Of a stretch of DNA of 64,000 nucleotides, positions 23,090 to 35,246 are shown piece after piece. Position numbers and translations under genes: made by a program. Each line of letters starts with the position of its first letter. Positions within the stretch are counted from its first letter, which is position 1. Below the pieces are notes generated by a model that made no database searches, was not told where the DNA came from, and was given only the letters and a program-made list of their open reading frames with translations. The DNA lies in assembly GCF_902713615.1 (NCBI RefSeq), contig NC_052157.1, positions 64,343,703 to 64,407,702 of the forward strand, written 5' to 3'. The DNA is from Scyliorhinus canicula (taxonomy: Eukaryota).

Positions 23090-26000
23090 CCAACTAGGGA
23101 AGGACTGTACTGGACCAGGTATTGGGGAATGAGCCCAGCCAGGTGGTAGAAGTTTCAGTAGGGGAGCATTTCGGGAACAGTGACCACAATTCAGTAAGTT
23201 TTAAAGTGCTGGTGGACAAGGATAAGAGTGGTCCTAGGGTGAATGTGCTAAATTGGGGGAAGGCTAATTATAACAATATTAGGTGGGAACTGAAGAACCT
23301 AGATTGGGGGCGGATGTTTGAGGGTAAATCAACATCTGACATGTGGGAGGCTTTCAAGTGTCAGTTGAAAGGAATTCAGGACCAGCATGTTCCTGTGAGG
23401 AAGAAGGAAAAATACGGCAAATTTCAGGAACCTTGGTAGGCCTCGTCAAAAAGAAAAAGGAGGCATTTCTCAGGACTAGAAGGCTGGGAACAGACGAAGC
23501 CTGTGTGGAATATAAGGAAAGTAGGAAGGAACTTAAGCAAGGAATCAGGAGTACTAGAAGGGGTCACGAAAAGTCATTGGCAAATAGGGTTAAGGAAAAT
23601 CCCAAGGCTTTTTACACGTACATAAAAAGCAAGAGGGTAGCCAGGGAAAGGGTTGGCCCACTGAAGGATAGGCAAGGGAATCTATGTGTGGAGCCAGAGG
23701 AAATGGGCAAGGTACTAAATGAATACTTTGCATCAGTATTCACCAAAGAGAAGGAATTGGTGGATGTTAAGTCTGGAGAAGGGTGTGTATATAGCTTGGG
23801 TCACATTGAGATCCAAAAAGACGAGGTGTTGGACGTCTTGAAAAATATTAAGGTAGATAAGTCCCCAGGGCCTGATGGGATCTACCCCAGAATACTGAAG
23901 GAGGCTAGAGAAGAAATTGTTGAGGCCTTGACAAAAATCTTTGGATCCTCACTGTCTTCAGGTGATGTCCCAGAGGACTGGAGAATAGCCAATGTTGTTC
24001 CTTTGTTTAAGAAGGGTAGCAAGGATAATCCAGGGAACTACAGGCCGGTGAGCTTTACGTCAGTGGTAGGGAAATTACTGGAGAGAATTCTTCGAGACAG
24101 GATCTACTCCCATTTGGAAGCAAATGGACGTATTAGTGAGAGGCAGCATGGTTTTGTGAAGGGGAGGTCGTGTCTCACTAACTTGATAGAGTTTTTCGAA
24201 GAGGTCACAAAGATGATTGATGCAGGTAGGGCAGTAGATGTTGTCTATATGGACGTCAGTAAGGCCTTTGACAAGGTCCCTGATGGTAGACTGTACAAAA
24301 GGTGAAGTCACATGGGATCCGGGGTGAGCTGGCAAGGTGGATCCAGAACTGGCTAGGTCATAGAAGACAGAGAGTAGCAATGGAAGGGTGCTTTTCTAAT
24401 TGGAAGGCTGTGACTAGTGGTGTTCCGCAGGGTCAGGGATCAGTGCTGGGACCTTTACTGTTCGTAGTATATATAAATGATTTGGAGGAAAATGTAACTG
24501 GTCTGATTAGTAAGTTTGCAGACGACACAAAGGTTGGTGGAATTGCGGATAGCGATGAGGACTGTCAGAGGATACAGCAGGATTTAGATCGTTTGGAGAC
24601 TTGGGCGGAGAGATGGCAGATGGAGTTTAATCCGGACAAATGTGAGGTAATGCATTTTGGAAGGTCTAATGCAGGTCGGGAATATACAGTGACTGGTAGA
24701 ATCCTTAAGAGTATTGAAAGTCAGAGAGATCTAGGTCCACAGGTCACTGAAAGGGGCCACACAGGTGGAGAAGGTAGTCAAGAAGGCATACGGCATGCTT
24801 GCCTCCATTGGCCGGGCATTGAGTATAATTGGCAAGTCATGTTGCAGCTGTATAGAACCTTAGTTTGGCCACACTTGGAGTATAGTGTTCAATTCTGGTT
24901 GCCACACTACCAGAAGGATGTGGAGACTTTAGAGAGGGTGCGCAAGAGATTTACCAGGATGTTGCCTGGTATGGAGGGCATTAGCTATGAGGAGAGATTG
25001 AATAAACTCGGGTTGTTCTCACTGGAACGATGGAGGTTGAGGGGCGACCTGATAGAGGTCTACAAAATTATGAGGGGCATAGACAGAGTGGATAGTCAGA
25101 GGCTTTTCCCCAGGGTAGAGGGGTCAATTACTAGGGGGCATAGGTTTAAGGTGCGAGGGGCAAGGTTTAGAGTAGATGTACAAGGCAAGTTTTTTACACA
25201 GAGGGTAGTGGGTCCTGGAACTCGCTGCCGGAGGTGGTGGAAGTAGGGACAATAATGACATTTAAGGGGCTACTTGACAAATACATGAATAGGATGGGAA
25301 TAGAGGGATACGGACCCAGTGTAGCCACCTGGGTTGGCCACTTCCTCACACAAAATGGAAGAACGCAAAGGTTACATGGAAAAATGGATATTGGCAAAGA
25401 AACAAGCAGTTTGCAGAATCCCCTGTATTCTAGCTGCTAAGGAAACCAGACAGAATTGTAACTAACGAGCTGCGCATATTAAGTGAGCGATTCACGGTGA
25501 TTCCCAGGCACAATGAACACAACAGTTAACTGCAATCGTTACATTCTATAGAAGGTCAGACATCCTGGTGCCAGTGGCGTTTGAGACAAAGGACACCAAT
25601 AAGGTGGAAGGAACCGTCCGGTGATCGAGGAACAGCCCCGTTATTGGGGAAATTCAAATCAATCGATTGGGAAGAGACCCAATCGATTGCAGGTTTAGAG
25701 AGGGACCGCCCAGAAGGACGCAAAGCCCCTGGGACCTATAAAAGTCAGGTCCCAGGACTGATTCTTTCTTCTTGACCAGCCGGCCCTCCCAGCAGAACCC
25801 CTTTGCAGCAGAAAACCTTGAGGAGAGGCCTGGTCAGCAGCCGCCATCAGGTAAGTGTCATACAACGCACACTACGAGAGTAGACACTCCTGAGCCCTTT
25901 AGTCCACACCAACTGGAAGCCTGCGGATCCAGGACAAAGCAAGAGGCCATTGTTCCCTGATCCGGCAGTTCCCTTATTCCAGATAAGTATTGGCCTGTTA

Positions 26001-26330
26001 GTGGTAGGAATAGCCTAGTCTTTTAGTTTTATATGCCTAAGTAGTAGATAACTGTATTATAATAAACGTGTCTTGTTTGAACTTACTAACTGGTGTATTG
26101 AGTTATTGGTCTGAACTTGAACTTGAATCTTGTGGCGGTATCATAACGATACCTGGCGACTCTAGAGCTAAGGAATAAAACAGAGCCAAATTGAGTGTAA
26201 AGTACACTCACCCTGAACGAGCGACCCAGGAAGTGCAGAAGATTGTGGTTTAGTCGGGCAGCATGGTCGGCATGGGTTTGGAGGGCTGAAGGGCCTGTTC
26301 CTGTGCTGTACTTTTCTTTGTCCTTTGTTA
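23090..26330 (+). mobile_element. 5'-truncated CR1-clade (HER1-like) LINE with frameshifts, split by a solo LTR
   Basis: SDHN endonuclease end, KSPGPDGIYPRILKE, NYRPVS, KAFDKV, SGVPQG, YINDL, KFADDTK; 3' tail shared with the SINEs. Confidence 0.93.
25320..26225 (+). mobile_element. Solo LTR (~906 bp) related to 5891-6800
   Basis: TGTAGCCACCTGGG start, TATAAAA and AATAAA, ggtatc..gatacc-tggcgac block shared with the other LTR, CCAG TSD within the LINE tail. Confidence 0.75.
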
Positions 26331-26859
26331 CCAAACTCAGAGTCCTGAGGGCTGCAAAGTGGCAACTGTTAGATGAGCTGCTGGTTCTCCAGATATGCTC
26401 AGGCCAGAGATGAATATGAGAGCAAGGTGCTGAGTTAAAATGGCTAGCAACAAGGTTGGGGGTTGTGAAATGAAAATCGCTTATTGTCACAAGTAGGCTT
26501 CAAATGAAGTTACTATGAAAAGCCCCTAGTCGCCACATTCTGGCGCCTGTTTGGGGAGGTTGGTATGGGAATTGAACCCGCGGGTTGATTGGGAATTGGC
26601 ATGCCCGGGTCTGGTTTAAAGGTCGGGTATTTAGCTCAGTGTGCTAAACCAGACCCTTGCTAAACCAGCCTCTGTTATGCTTGGCGACTGAGCGAAGGTT
26701 TGGTTTTAATAGGAATACTGTGTCCAATTCTGGGCACCGCATATTAGGAGCAATCATAGAATCCCTACATTGCAAATGGAGGCTATTCGGCCCATCGAGT
26801 CTGCAACAACCTTCTGAAAGAGTACACCACTACCTCACCCTATCTCCAGAACCCTATCT

Positions 26860-27175
26860 AACATAGAACGATACAGCGCAGTACAGGCCCTTCGGCCCTC
26901 GATGTTGCACCGACATGGAAAAAATCTAAAGGCCATCTAATCTACACTATGCCCTTATCATCCATATGCTTATCCAATAAACTTTTAAATGCCCTCAATG
27001 TTGGCGAGTTCACTACTGTTGCAGGTCGGGCATTCCACGGCCTCACCACTCTTTGCGTAAAAAACCTACCTCTGACCTCTGTCCTATATCTATTACCCCT
27101 CAATTTAAGGCTATGTCCCCTCGTGCTAGCCACCTCCATCCGCGGGAGAAGGCTCTCGCTGTCCACCCTATCTAA
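26860..27175 (-). mobile_element. CR1/HER1 LINE 3' end
   Basis: DRVDSESLLP...TRGHSLKL...FFTQRVVRPWN plus the characteristic tail. Confidence 0.8.
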
Positions 27176-27339
27176 CCTGCACCTTTGTGGACACAAAGGA
27201 ACAATTTAACATTGCCAATATAGCCCTTCAGTGATACTTGAGTACCCATGATTTCCACCAGTATATTCTGCATCACCCCCATTGTGTCTGAGCGAATGGT
27301 TGCTCCCAAGAGGGCAGTCTGGGCTGGCCATGTCAGGGG

Positions 27340-27900
27340 GCGTGGTCTCTGGGAAACACGTGCGCGGTCTGGCGTCGACGATTGGTTTGGGGAAGGGGTG
27401 AGCACAGGGCGCCCCAGGGCGACGGATCGGGGACGCGGGAGGTTCCAAGCACGTGCGCGGCGGAGCGGCGCCGCGAGGAGGAGGAGCGGGCGGACAAGTC
27501 AGGTGGGGTCGAAGGAGAGAGAGAGAAGGCGTGGTGGTCTGTCGGCTCCGGCGCAGTGGCACGTGGTCGATCCAGGCGCCTGCGCAGTGGGGTGGTGCTT
27601 TGTGGCGAGGGGAGGGGTCGCTGGTCGGTTTCTGCCTGCGCAGTAGGTTGGGGGTGACGTCAAAGAGGCGTGGTCCGTCGAGACCGTCTGCGTGCTGTGT
27701 TCAAGCGGGAAGGGTAGGATGGTTTGTTAGCGCCTGCGCGATGGGTCGCGGCGTCGTGGAGAAGGGCGAGAGGTCTCGTGCGGGATATAGCATGGCGCCT
27801 GCGCAGTGGGGTGCAAGTCCGGGGAGGCGCTCGAGCGTCAGATTCATGTCCATTTTGGCGCGCTTTTCCGTTTTGTTTTGCAACAGCCGCTTTATTGTTG
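27340..27900 (+). promoter_or_regulatory. CpG island, probable promoter and first non-coding exon of the DMRT gene
   Basis: Non-repeat CpG-dense block with GCGCCTGCGC x3, TGACGTCA, CACGTG x3 and TTTTGGCGCG. It lies ~6 kb upstream of an ATG exon that begins with a splice acceptor. Confidence 0.65.
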
Positions 27901-28959
27901 TGTCAATTTCAGGGCTGGGGAGCGAACCAAACCTTTCCATATCTCTCCTGATAGACATAATCCGGCCAAAACCTGAGGAGAATCCACCCTCATTTTGGTA
28001 AATAAAGCCACTTACCATCATATTTACCGTATTGTTGGATTTTAACATATCGTAAAAGATGTTATTTATTGTCACCAGAAATATTTGAGGAGGTGGATCT
28101 TCCTCAGTGACAATCTCCCATCGTCTCAAGTGGTGTGTCTCAGGTGAATCATTTGTTCTGCAAAGGTTGCTGAGATTTGTGTATATAGATAAAATATAAA
28201 TTATTATTTATTTTCAGGCCACTGTTGGTTTTAAAAATGGTTTGCTGTAAAATGGTAGATATTTTAGTGGCAAATTTAAAAAGAAAATTGATTGTTATAA
28301 AATTTAGTACTTCAGAGGCCCAAACATTCTTAAAATTGCAACAGATTTAGGTTTTTACAAGGGGGTGTAAAATGATACGTCGAAGCTTTGTTACGAGGCT
28401 AGATGTTTCAGTAATTGATTTTTAATAATATCTTATTTGATAATTCATCATTTTTTGAAGAAAATACTTTTGGCCACCTCAAAACCGATTAGTGATTTTT
28501 AAATCTGGTTACAGGACACTAAATAATTTAAATAAATTTTGATTTTCTGTGTGATGCTAGTTCTATTTGGTCTTTGAAGATGCGTAAAGACTGGACCATA
28601 TAATTTGTGTTCACATTTGATGTACATACATTGTTGATTTGTTGTGGTGTAGCAGATGGGGAGGAATGACAATGTGGCTGGGCTGCACTGGCGCCATTTT
28701 AAAATCAGATATCCGTAACCCAATGAAATATGTTAGATTTATTTTACTACATGCAAAAAATTAATAATTTGAGAGGCCCTGAACTTTCTTGCCAAAAATG
28801 TTGAGCTAGGAGATCACAAACTGAGGCACTGTACCACCACCTGTGGGAGGATGTATTATAACGTGACAAGTTGCTATTATAACTCTGGACATTAGAGTGT
28901 ATAGTTATTGGCACAACTTGATTAGATGTAGTATACATGGACATAAACAGGTGTGGCGA

Positions 28960-30840
28960 CTAGGGAATTTTACCTACTTCAGCTCTTCAACCCTCCCTAT
29001 CTGCAACCTCCTGTCCAACACCATCCCTATCTCTGTAACCATCTCCAATTCCTCCAGCCCTCCCTATCTCTACCTTCGCCAGCCCTTACAATTATCCCTA
29101 TTCTCTGTCACCTATTCTAGCACCTACAACCCTCTCTAACTCTAAACTCCTCCAGCCCTTCAATTCTCCCCGTCTCTGTAATCTCCAGCCCTTACAAACC
29201 TCGCTATCTCTAATCTCCAACAGTGCCTCCTGTGACATCAACCAGACTCAACAACATTCCCGATCTCTCCCCCAGTCCCAACAGTCCTCCCAAATGCTGT
29301 AACCTCCTCCACCCCTGACAATCCTCCCTATATCGGATTGGATTGGATTTGTTTATTTTCACGTGTACCGAGATACAGTGAAAAGTATTTTTCTGTGTGC
29401 AGCTTTAACAGATCATTTAGAACATGAAAAGAAAATACATAATAGGGCAACACAAGGTACACAATGTAAATACATAGACACCGGCATCGGGTGAAGCATA
29501 CAGGAGTGTAGTATTAATCAGATCAGTCCATAAGAGGGTCATTTAGGACTTTGGTAACAGTGGGGAAGAAGCTGTTTTTGAATCTGTTCTCAGACTTCTG
29601 CATCTCTTGCCTGATGGAAGAAGTTGGAAGAGTGAGAAAGCCGGGTGGGAGGGATCTTTGATTATGCTGCCCGCTTTCTCAAGGCAGGGGGAGGTGAAGA
29701 TAGAGTTAATGGATGGGAGACGGGTTTGTGTGATGGCAGCTTCCTCCAGTCCATTCAGCCTCCCTATCGCTATAACCTTCACCAGACCCTACAACACTTT
29801 GAGATTGGCATACTTCTGCAGCCCCTACAGCACTCCCAATCTCTGTAAATCTCCTCCAGCACCAACAACCCTCCCCAGATCTGTAACCTCTTCCAGGCTC
29901 TACAACACTCCCTATCTCTGTAACCCTCCTCCAGACCCAACGACCCTCCCTATCTTTAACATCCTTCAGCTTGTACAACCTTCCCTATCTCTGTTAACTT
30001 CTCCAGCCCCTACAACTGTTCCTATCTCTCACATATTCGAGCCCCTACAATTCTCCCTTATCTCTGTGACTTCCGCCAATCCTAAAAACCCTCCTTATCC
30101 CTGTGGCCTCCTCCAGTCCCTTCAACCCTCCCTATCTCTGTAACCTCCTCCAGCCCATACAAACTGCACTATCTCTAACGTCCAACATCCCTTACATCAT
30201 TGCCTCCTTCTGAGACATCAACCGGACCCTACAACACTCCCGATTTCTCCCTCAATTCCTACAATCCTCCCAAATGCGTAACCTCCTCCCTACCTCTGTA
30301 ACCTCTTCCAGCCCCTACAACGCTCCTCATATCTAACTTCCTCCAGTCTCTTCAACCTCCTTATCTCTGTAACCTCCTCCCGCCCCTTCAATCCTTTCTA
30401 TCTCTGATTTCCTCCAGGTACTAGAACCCTCTCTGTCTCTCTAATCTCTTCCAGCCCCGACCACCCTCCCTATCTCGGTAACCTCTTCCAGCCCCTACAA
30501 TGCTTCTTATTCCAACCTCCTCCAAGTCCTTCAACCCTCCTTATCTCTAACTTCCTCCAACCCCTCCTATCTCTGACCTTCAACCCTTTCCGATCTCTGT
30601 GACCTCCTCCAGGTCCTAAAAACCTCTCTCTCTAATCTCTTCCAGCCCCGACAACCTTCCTATTTCTGTAACCTCTTCCAGCCCTGACAACACTCTGCGA
30701 TTTCTGTGATGCTCCAATTCCGGCCTCTTGAGCATCCCCCGAATACCATCGCTCTACCATTGCCGCCTGTGCCTTCTGCTCACTGGGTCCTAAACCCTGG
30801 AATGCCCGCCCCCTCTAAAACCTCTCCACTTCTCTCCCTG
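28960..30840 (+). repeat. L2-derived ~37-bp minisatellite with an inverted Rex-like LINE 3' end at ~29340-29740
   Basis: Same ccctatctctgtaacctc core; ends in an L2-like tail at 30690-30830. Confidence 0.8.
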
Positions 30841-31144
30841 TGACCGAGCGTCCTCTTTCATCTCCAATAAGGGTCAAATTCCTGGAATCCCCTCCATAAC
30901 AACACCGAGGGTGCATCAACACCGCGGGAACTGCAGAGTTTCAAGAAGGCAACTCACCACCACCTTTTGAAGGGCAATTAGGGATGGGCAATAAATGTTG
31001 GCCTAACAAGCGATGCCCACACTCTGTAAATTAATTTGAAAAAAATCACTCCCTGTATCTAAACTCCAATCCCAACAGCCCTCCCTATCTCTGTAACCTC
31101 TTTCCAGCCCCTTGAACTCTCCTTTATCTCTGTGACTACTTTCA

Positions 31145-31740
31145 GGGAACGCTGCTCCGACAGAGGGTCAGCACCCAGTCAGCACTGCGCCGCCAGAGGG
31201 TTAGCACCCAGCCAGCACTGCGCCGCCAGAGGGTTAGCACCCAATCAGCACTGCGCCGCCAGAGGGTTAGCACACAGTCAGCACTGCGCCGCCAGAGGGT
31301 TAGCACCCAGTCAGCACTGCGCCGACAGAGGGTTAGCACCCAGTGAGCGCTGTGCAGCCAGAGGGTTAGCACCCAGTGAGCGCTGTGCAGCCAGAGGGTC
31401 AGCACCCAGTGAGCGCTGTGCCGCCAGAGGGTCAACACCCAGTGAGCGCTGCGTTGCCGGAACAGCTGTTGGATGGAACGTTAATCCGAGGCCCCATCTG
31501 CTCTGTCAAGTAGATGTAAAAATCCCCTGGTCACTGTTTGGAAGAGGAGCAATCAGGGGTTGGAGTTCTCCCCAGTGCCCTGGGGCCAGTATATATATCC
31601 ATTGACCAACATCACTAAAACAGGTGATTTGGGTCATTATCACATTGCCAATGTGGGATTTGTTGAGTGCAGATTAGTTGTTGTTTTGTGTATATTATAG
31701 CAGTGACTGCACTTCCTTCCTGCAAAGTGAATTGGGATAT
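31145..31740 (+). repeat. DeuSINE copy with its own 33-bp minisatellite variant (31145-31460)
   Basis: Unit cagcactgcgccgccagagggttagcacccagt, ~9 copies, followed by Deu-domain sequence (gttaatccgaggcccc...gatgtaaaaatccc). Confidence 0.75.
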
Positions 31741-32559
31741 TTTGAGGGTGTGAATGATGCTATATAATTTCATATTTTTGTTTATTTGTTGAGCTGAGTG
31801 AAATAAATCTAAAACATGATAGGGTTATTTGTTGCTTTAAGGTTCACTCCCTTTCAAATATCGTTTCCTTTACAGAAGCAGAGGGCCATTCGGCCCATCA
31901 AGCCGTGCTGCCTCTTTGAAAGATCTATCCAATTAGTTCCCCCCCCCCCAGCTCTTTCCCCCCTATTCCTGCAATTTTTTCTCCTTCAAGTATTTATCCA
32001 ACTCCCCCTTTAGAAAGCTTGTATTGAATCTTCCACCGCCCTTTCAGGCAGCAACTTCCATCATAGAATTTACAGTGCAGTTGAAGGCCATTCAGCCCAT
32101 CAAGTCTACACCGGCCCTTGGAAAGAGCACCCTACTTAAGCCCACACCTCCACCCTATCCCTGTAACCCAGTAACCCCACCTAACGTTTGGAAACTAAGA
32201 GGCAATTTAGCATGGTCAATCCAGCTAACCTGCATATCTTTGGACTGTGGGAGGAAACCAGAGCATCTGGAGGATACCCACGCAGACATGGGGAGAAAGT
32301 GCAAATTCCACACAGACAGTCATCCGAGGCCGGAAGTGAACCTTGGTCCCTGGAGCTGTGAGGCAGCAGTGTTAACCATCGTGCCACCCAGATCACAACA
32401 ACTTGCTGTGTGAATAAAAATAAAAAATCTTCTCCTCTCGCTCCACTGGTTCTTTTCCTGATTCTCTTCAATCTGGTTATCGACACTCCTACCACTGGAA
32501 ACACTCTCTAATTTAGTTTCTGACAATGGAATGTCTTGATTCAATCAACCATTGATCTT

Positions 32560-33430
32560 TCCTGCTGACATTAATTGGTATTACCATCACTGAATCCCCC
32601 ACAATCAACATCCTGGGGTTAACATTGATCAGAAACTGAACTGGACCAGCCATATTAATACTGTGGCTACCAGGACAGGTCAATAGCCAGGAATCCTACG
32701 GCGAGTAACTCATCTCCTGACCCTCCAAAGCCAGTCCATCATCTACAAGGCACAAATCATGAGTGTAATGGAAGGGTAATTAAAAAGGGGGAAGCGATAA
32801 GGTGGGAGCGGGTTAGTGGGGAATTTTTGTTGGGGTGTTGGTTATGTAAAGCCAGGTTGGCTGGTTTGGGGGGGGGTGTTGTCCATTGTGTTAAAATTTA
32901 GAATATAAATGCCTCAATAAAATATTTTTCAAGAAAAAAAGGAGTGTAATGGAATACTCACCACCTGCCTGGATGATGCAGCTCCAACAACACTCAATGA
33001 GCTTGACACCATCCAGGACAAAGCAGCCCGCTTGATTTCTCCCCCTTCTACAAATGTTCAGACCCTCCACCACCGACGAACAGTGGTAGCCGTGTGTACC
33101 ATCCACAAGATGCACTGCAGTAACTCGCTAAGGTTCCTTAGACAGCACCTTCCAAACTCAAAACTGCTGCCATCTAGAAGGACAAGAGCAGCAGATACCT
33201 GGGAATCCCACCACCAGAAGGTTCCCCTCCAAGTCACTCACCACCCTGACTTGGAATTATAGCGCCGTTTCTTCACTGTCGCTGGGAAAAAATCCTGGAA
33301 CTCTCTCCCTAACAGCACAGTGGGTGTATCTACACCTCAGGGATTGCAATGGTTTAAGAAGGCAACTCACCATCACCTTCTGAAGGCCAATTGGGATGGG
33401 AAATAAATGCTGGCCTAACCAGCAATGCCT
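32560..33430 (+). mobile_element. LINE ORF2 C-terminal/3' fragment (CR1/L2 group); related copy at 61440-61980
   Basis: SVMEYSPPAWM...LDTIQDKAARLI...LHHRRTV; interrupted by a short insertion. Confidence 0.65.
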
Positions 33431-33832
33431 TCATTTAAACTTTAAAAAAATTATTGAATGCTTTTAATGTTCATACAGGCCTCTATGTGGAACCTTCTCC
33501 CTCTTAAAAAGCTGTTGAGGCAAGGGGGGGGGGGTGCGTCAGTTGGAAATTTAGATGTTATTTTTTGTTTTATTTGGTTACCGAGAATTAAGATACGGCT
33601 TAGCCATTATCTATTTGAAAGGCGAGAGAGTTTTGAGCGGCTGAATGGTCTCCTCCTGTTCCTATGCTTTTTAGATCCATTTTGCTCTGGTTTCTGGTTC
33701 CATAGTTAATGGTGTTGGTAAGCGATATGTTCAGGCGTTTTCGTAGTGTGTTACTAAGAACGAGTGCGTTGCGTTGTGCAGTCCTGTCCTATAACACTGT
33801 TCTGTTGTTTTACAGGTCTGGCCAGAAGGGAA

Positions 33833-34071
33833 ATGGAAGCCAACAATCTAACCAACGCCCCTTACCCAGAATCCACTGGAAGTGGCGACGAATTGAGGAT
33901 TGTTGGTAACTTTGCCTCTCCGCTCCCTTCAGGTATGGCCTACCGGATGGTGACCACACGCTCCCCGACTTGCGCTCGCTGTCGTAACCATGGCATCACA
34001 GTGCCACTGAAAGGACACAAGAAAACCTGCCAGTGGCAGACATGTCAGTGTGACAAATGCATCCTAATCCT
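33833..34071 (+). CDS. dmrtc2: DM-domain transcription factor (DMRTC2/Dmrt7-like), first coding exon (exon starts at 33816)
   Basis: Acceptor ttgttttacag|. Encodes MEANNLT...[37 protein letters not shown](L); phase-2 donor CT|gtgagt. DM identity is certain; the subfamily call comes from signature residues and synteny. Confidence 0.88.
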
Positions 34072-35246
34072 GTGAGTAACTCAGATGGCCGTTGAACAAA
34101 AAATAAAGCACTGGGAAACATTTTTACGGCAACAGGTGCAAAATTAAAAACAAACAGGTGTTATATTAAACTTATAGAGAAGCTTGTTTTGATCATGCTT
34201 ATGGCACTGCATAGGTCTGGGATCCACATTATGAAGATGGTCAAGAAATTCACAATGGTGAATTATTAGAACTGTGAAGTTGCACAATCTGGGGCACCTT
34301 TTCTCTGGAAAGGAGGAGGTTGAGGTCTTTGAAACTATGAAAGGTTTTTGATAGGGTAGACATAGAAAAGATGGGTGAGATTTTCCGCATCTCCCCCCCC
34401 CCCGGTTCCTAAAGGCACAGAGGAAATGTAGTCAGAAAATACTGCAGAGAAATACCTGGAAGCTGAAGGCAGGGGCTTCAAATTCTTTATTGCAGCAGAA
34501 GACTCTATTCAAGCTCTTTTGGATGTTCATCTTTGGAGTGCATTGTCAACCAAACTTGCAAGGGTGAGTGAAATATTTTCAAATTCCAAGCTGCAGAAAG
34601 ACCTGAATCTTTGTTAAAGTAATTCAGTGTCTGAATTACTTACTTGAATGAAACCCGTAGCTAAAAGCTGAGCTGGAAGCTGAAAGCGTGGTGTCCGATC
34701 TCAATCAAAACAAAAGAAAAATTAAGGAACTATTTAAGGAACGCCATGACTGTCCAGCTCAGTTTAAAAAAAAAGCAGAAGCTCCATTCGACCCACTCAA
34801 CAGGTTAAAAAGTGAACAGCTGAACAAAAGAAGTCTGTCGGCATTCGGTCCAGTCAACCATTGTTAATTTTTTAAAATCAAGATTAGTGCCATCACCATT
34901 GTGCTGTCACCAAAACCAGCAAGCACAGGAAATCCCTTTGTGAGTGAATGGTGATGCCATCTTAAAATACAGAAATGGCTCCAGAGAACGTTTAAAATAC
35001 TAAAGACACAAGAAAATTGCCTTCAATTAGGTCCACCAGCTCAGAGGGGGAAAAACTGACACAGGCTATTAGCTTGAAGGTTCTACAAAGTGTAACTGAA
35101 AAAAACTCCCCATCAGGAAATGTGGCTTCCTTGAGATGAGAATTTTTAAGTTACTGGAGTGTATTAGGTCTCAGTAAAAAGAAATGTGAAGAGGTCCAGG
35201 TTAATATCTTTTTCTCCTGGTTTGGTAAACTTGCAGACGTAATCCC

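Noticed and set aside
27206-28129. Overlapping Arg/Gly-rich ORFs in the CpG island
   Set aside because: Expected from high GC content; no recognisable domain.
34070-34075. Apparent stop truncating the DM domain (pseudogene)
   Set aside because: The TGA is part of the gtgagt donor, and the domain continues in frame at 43611.
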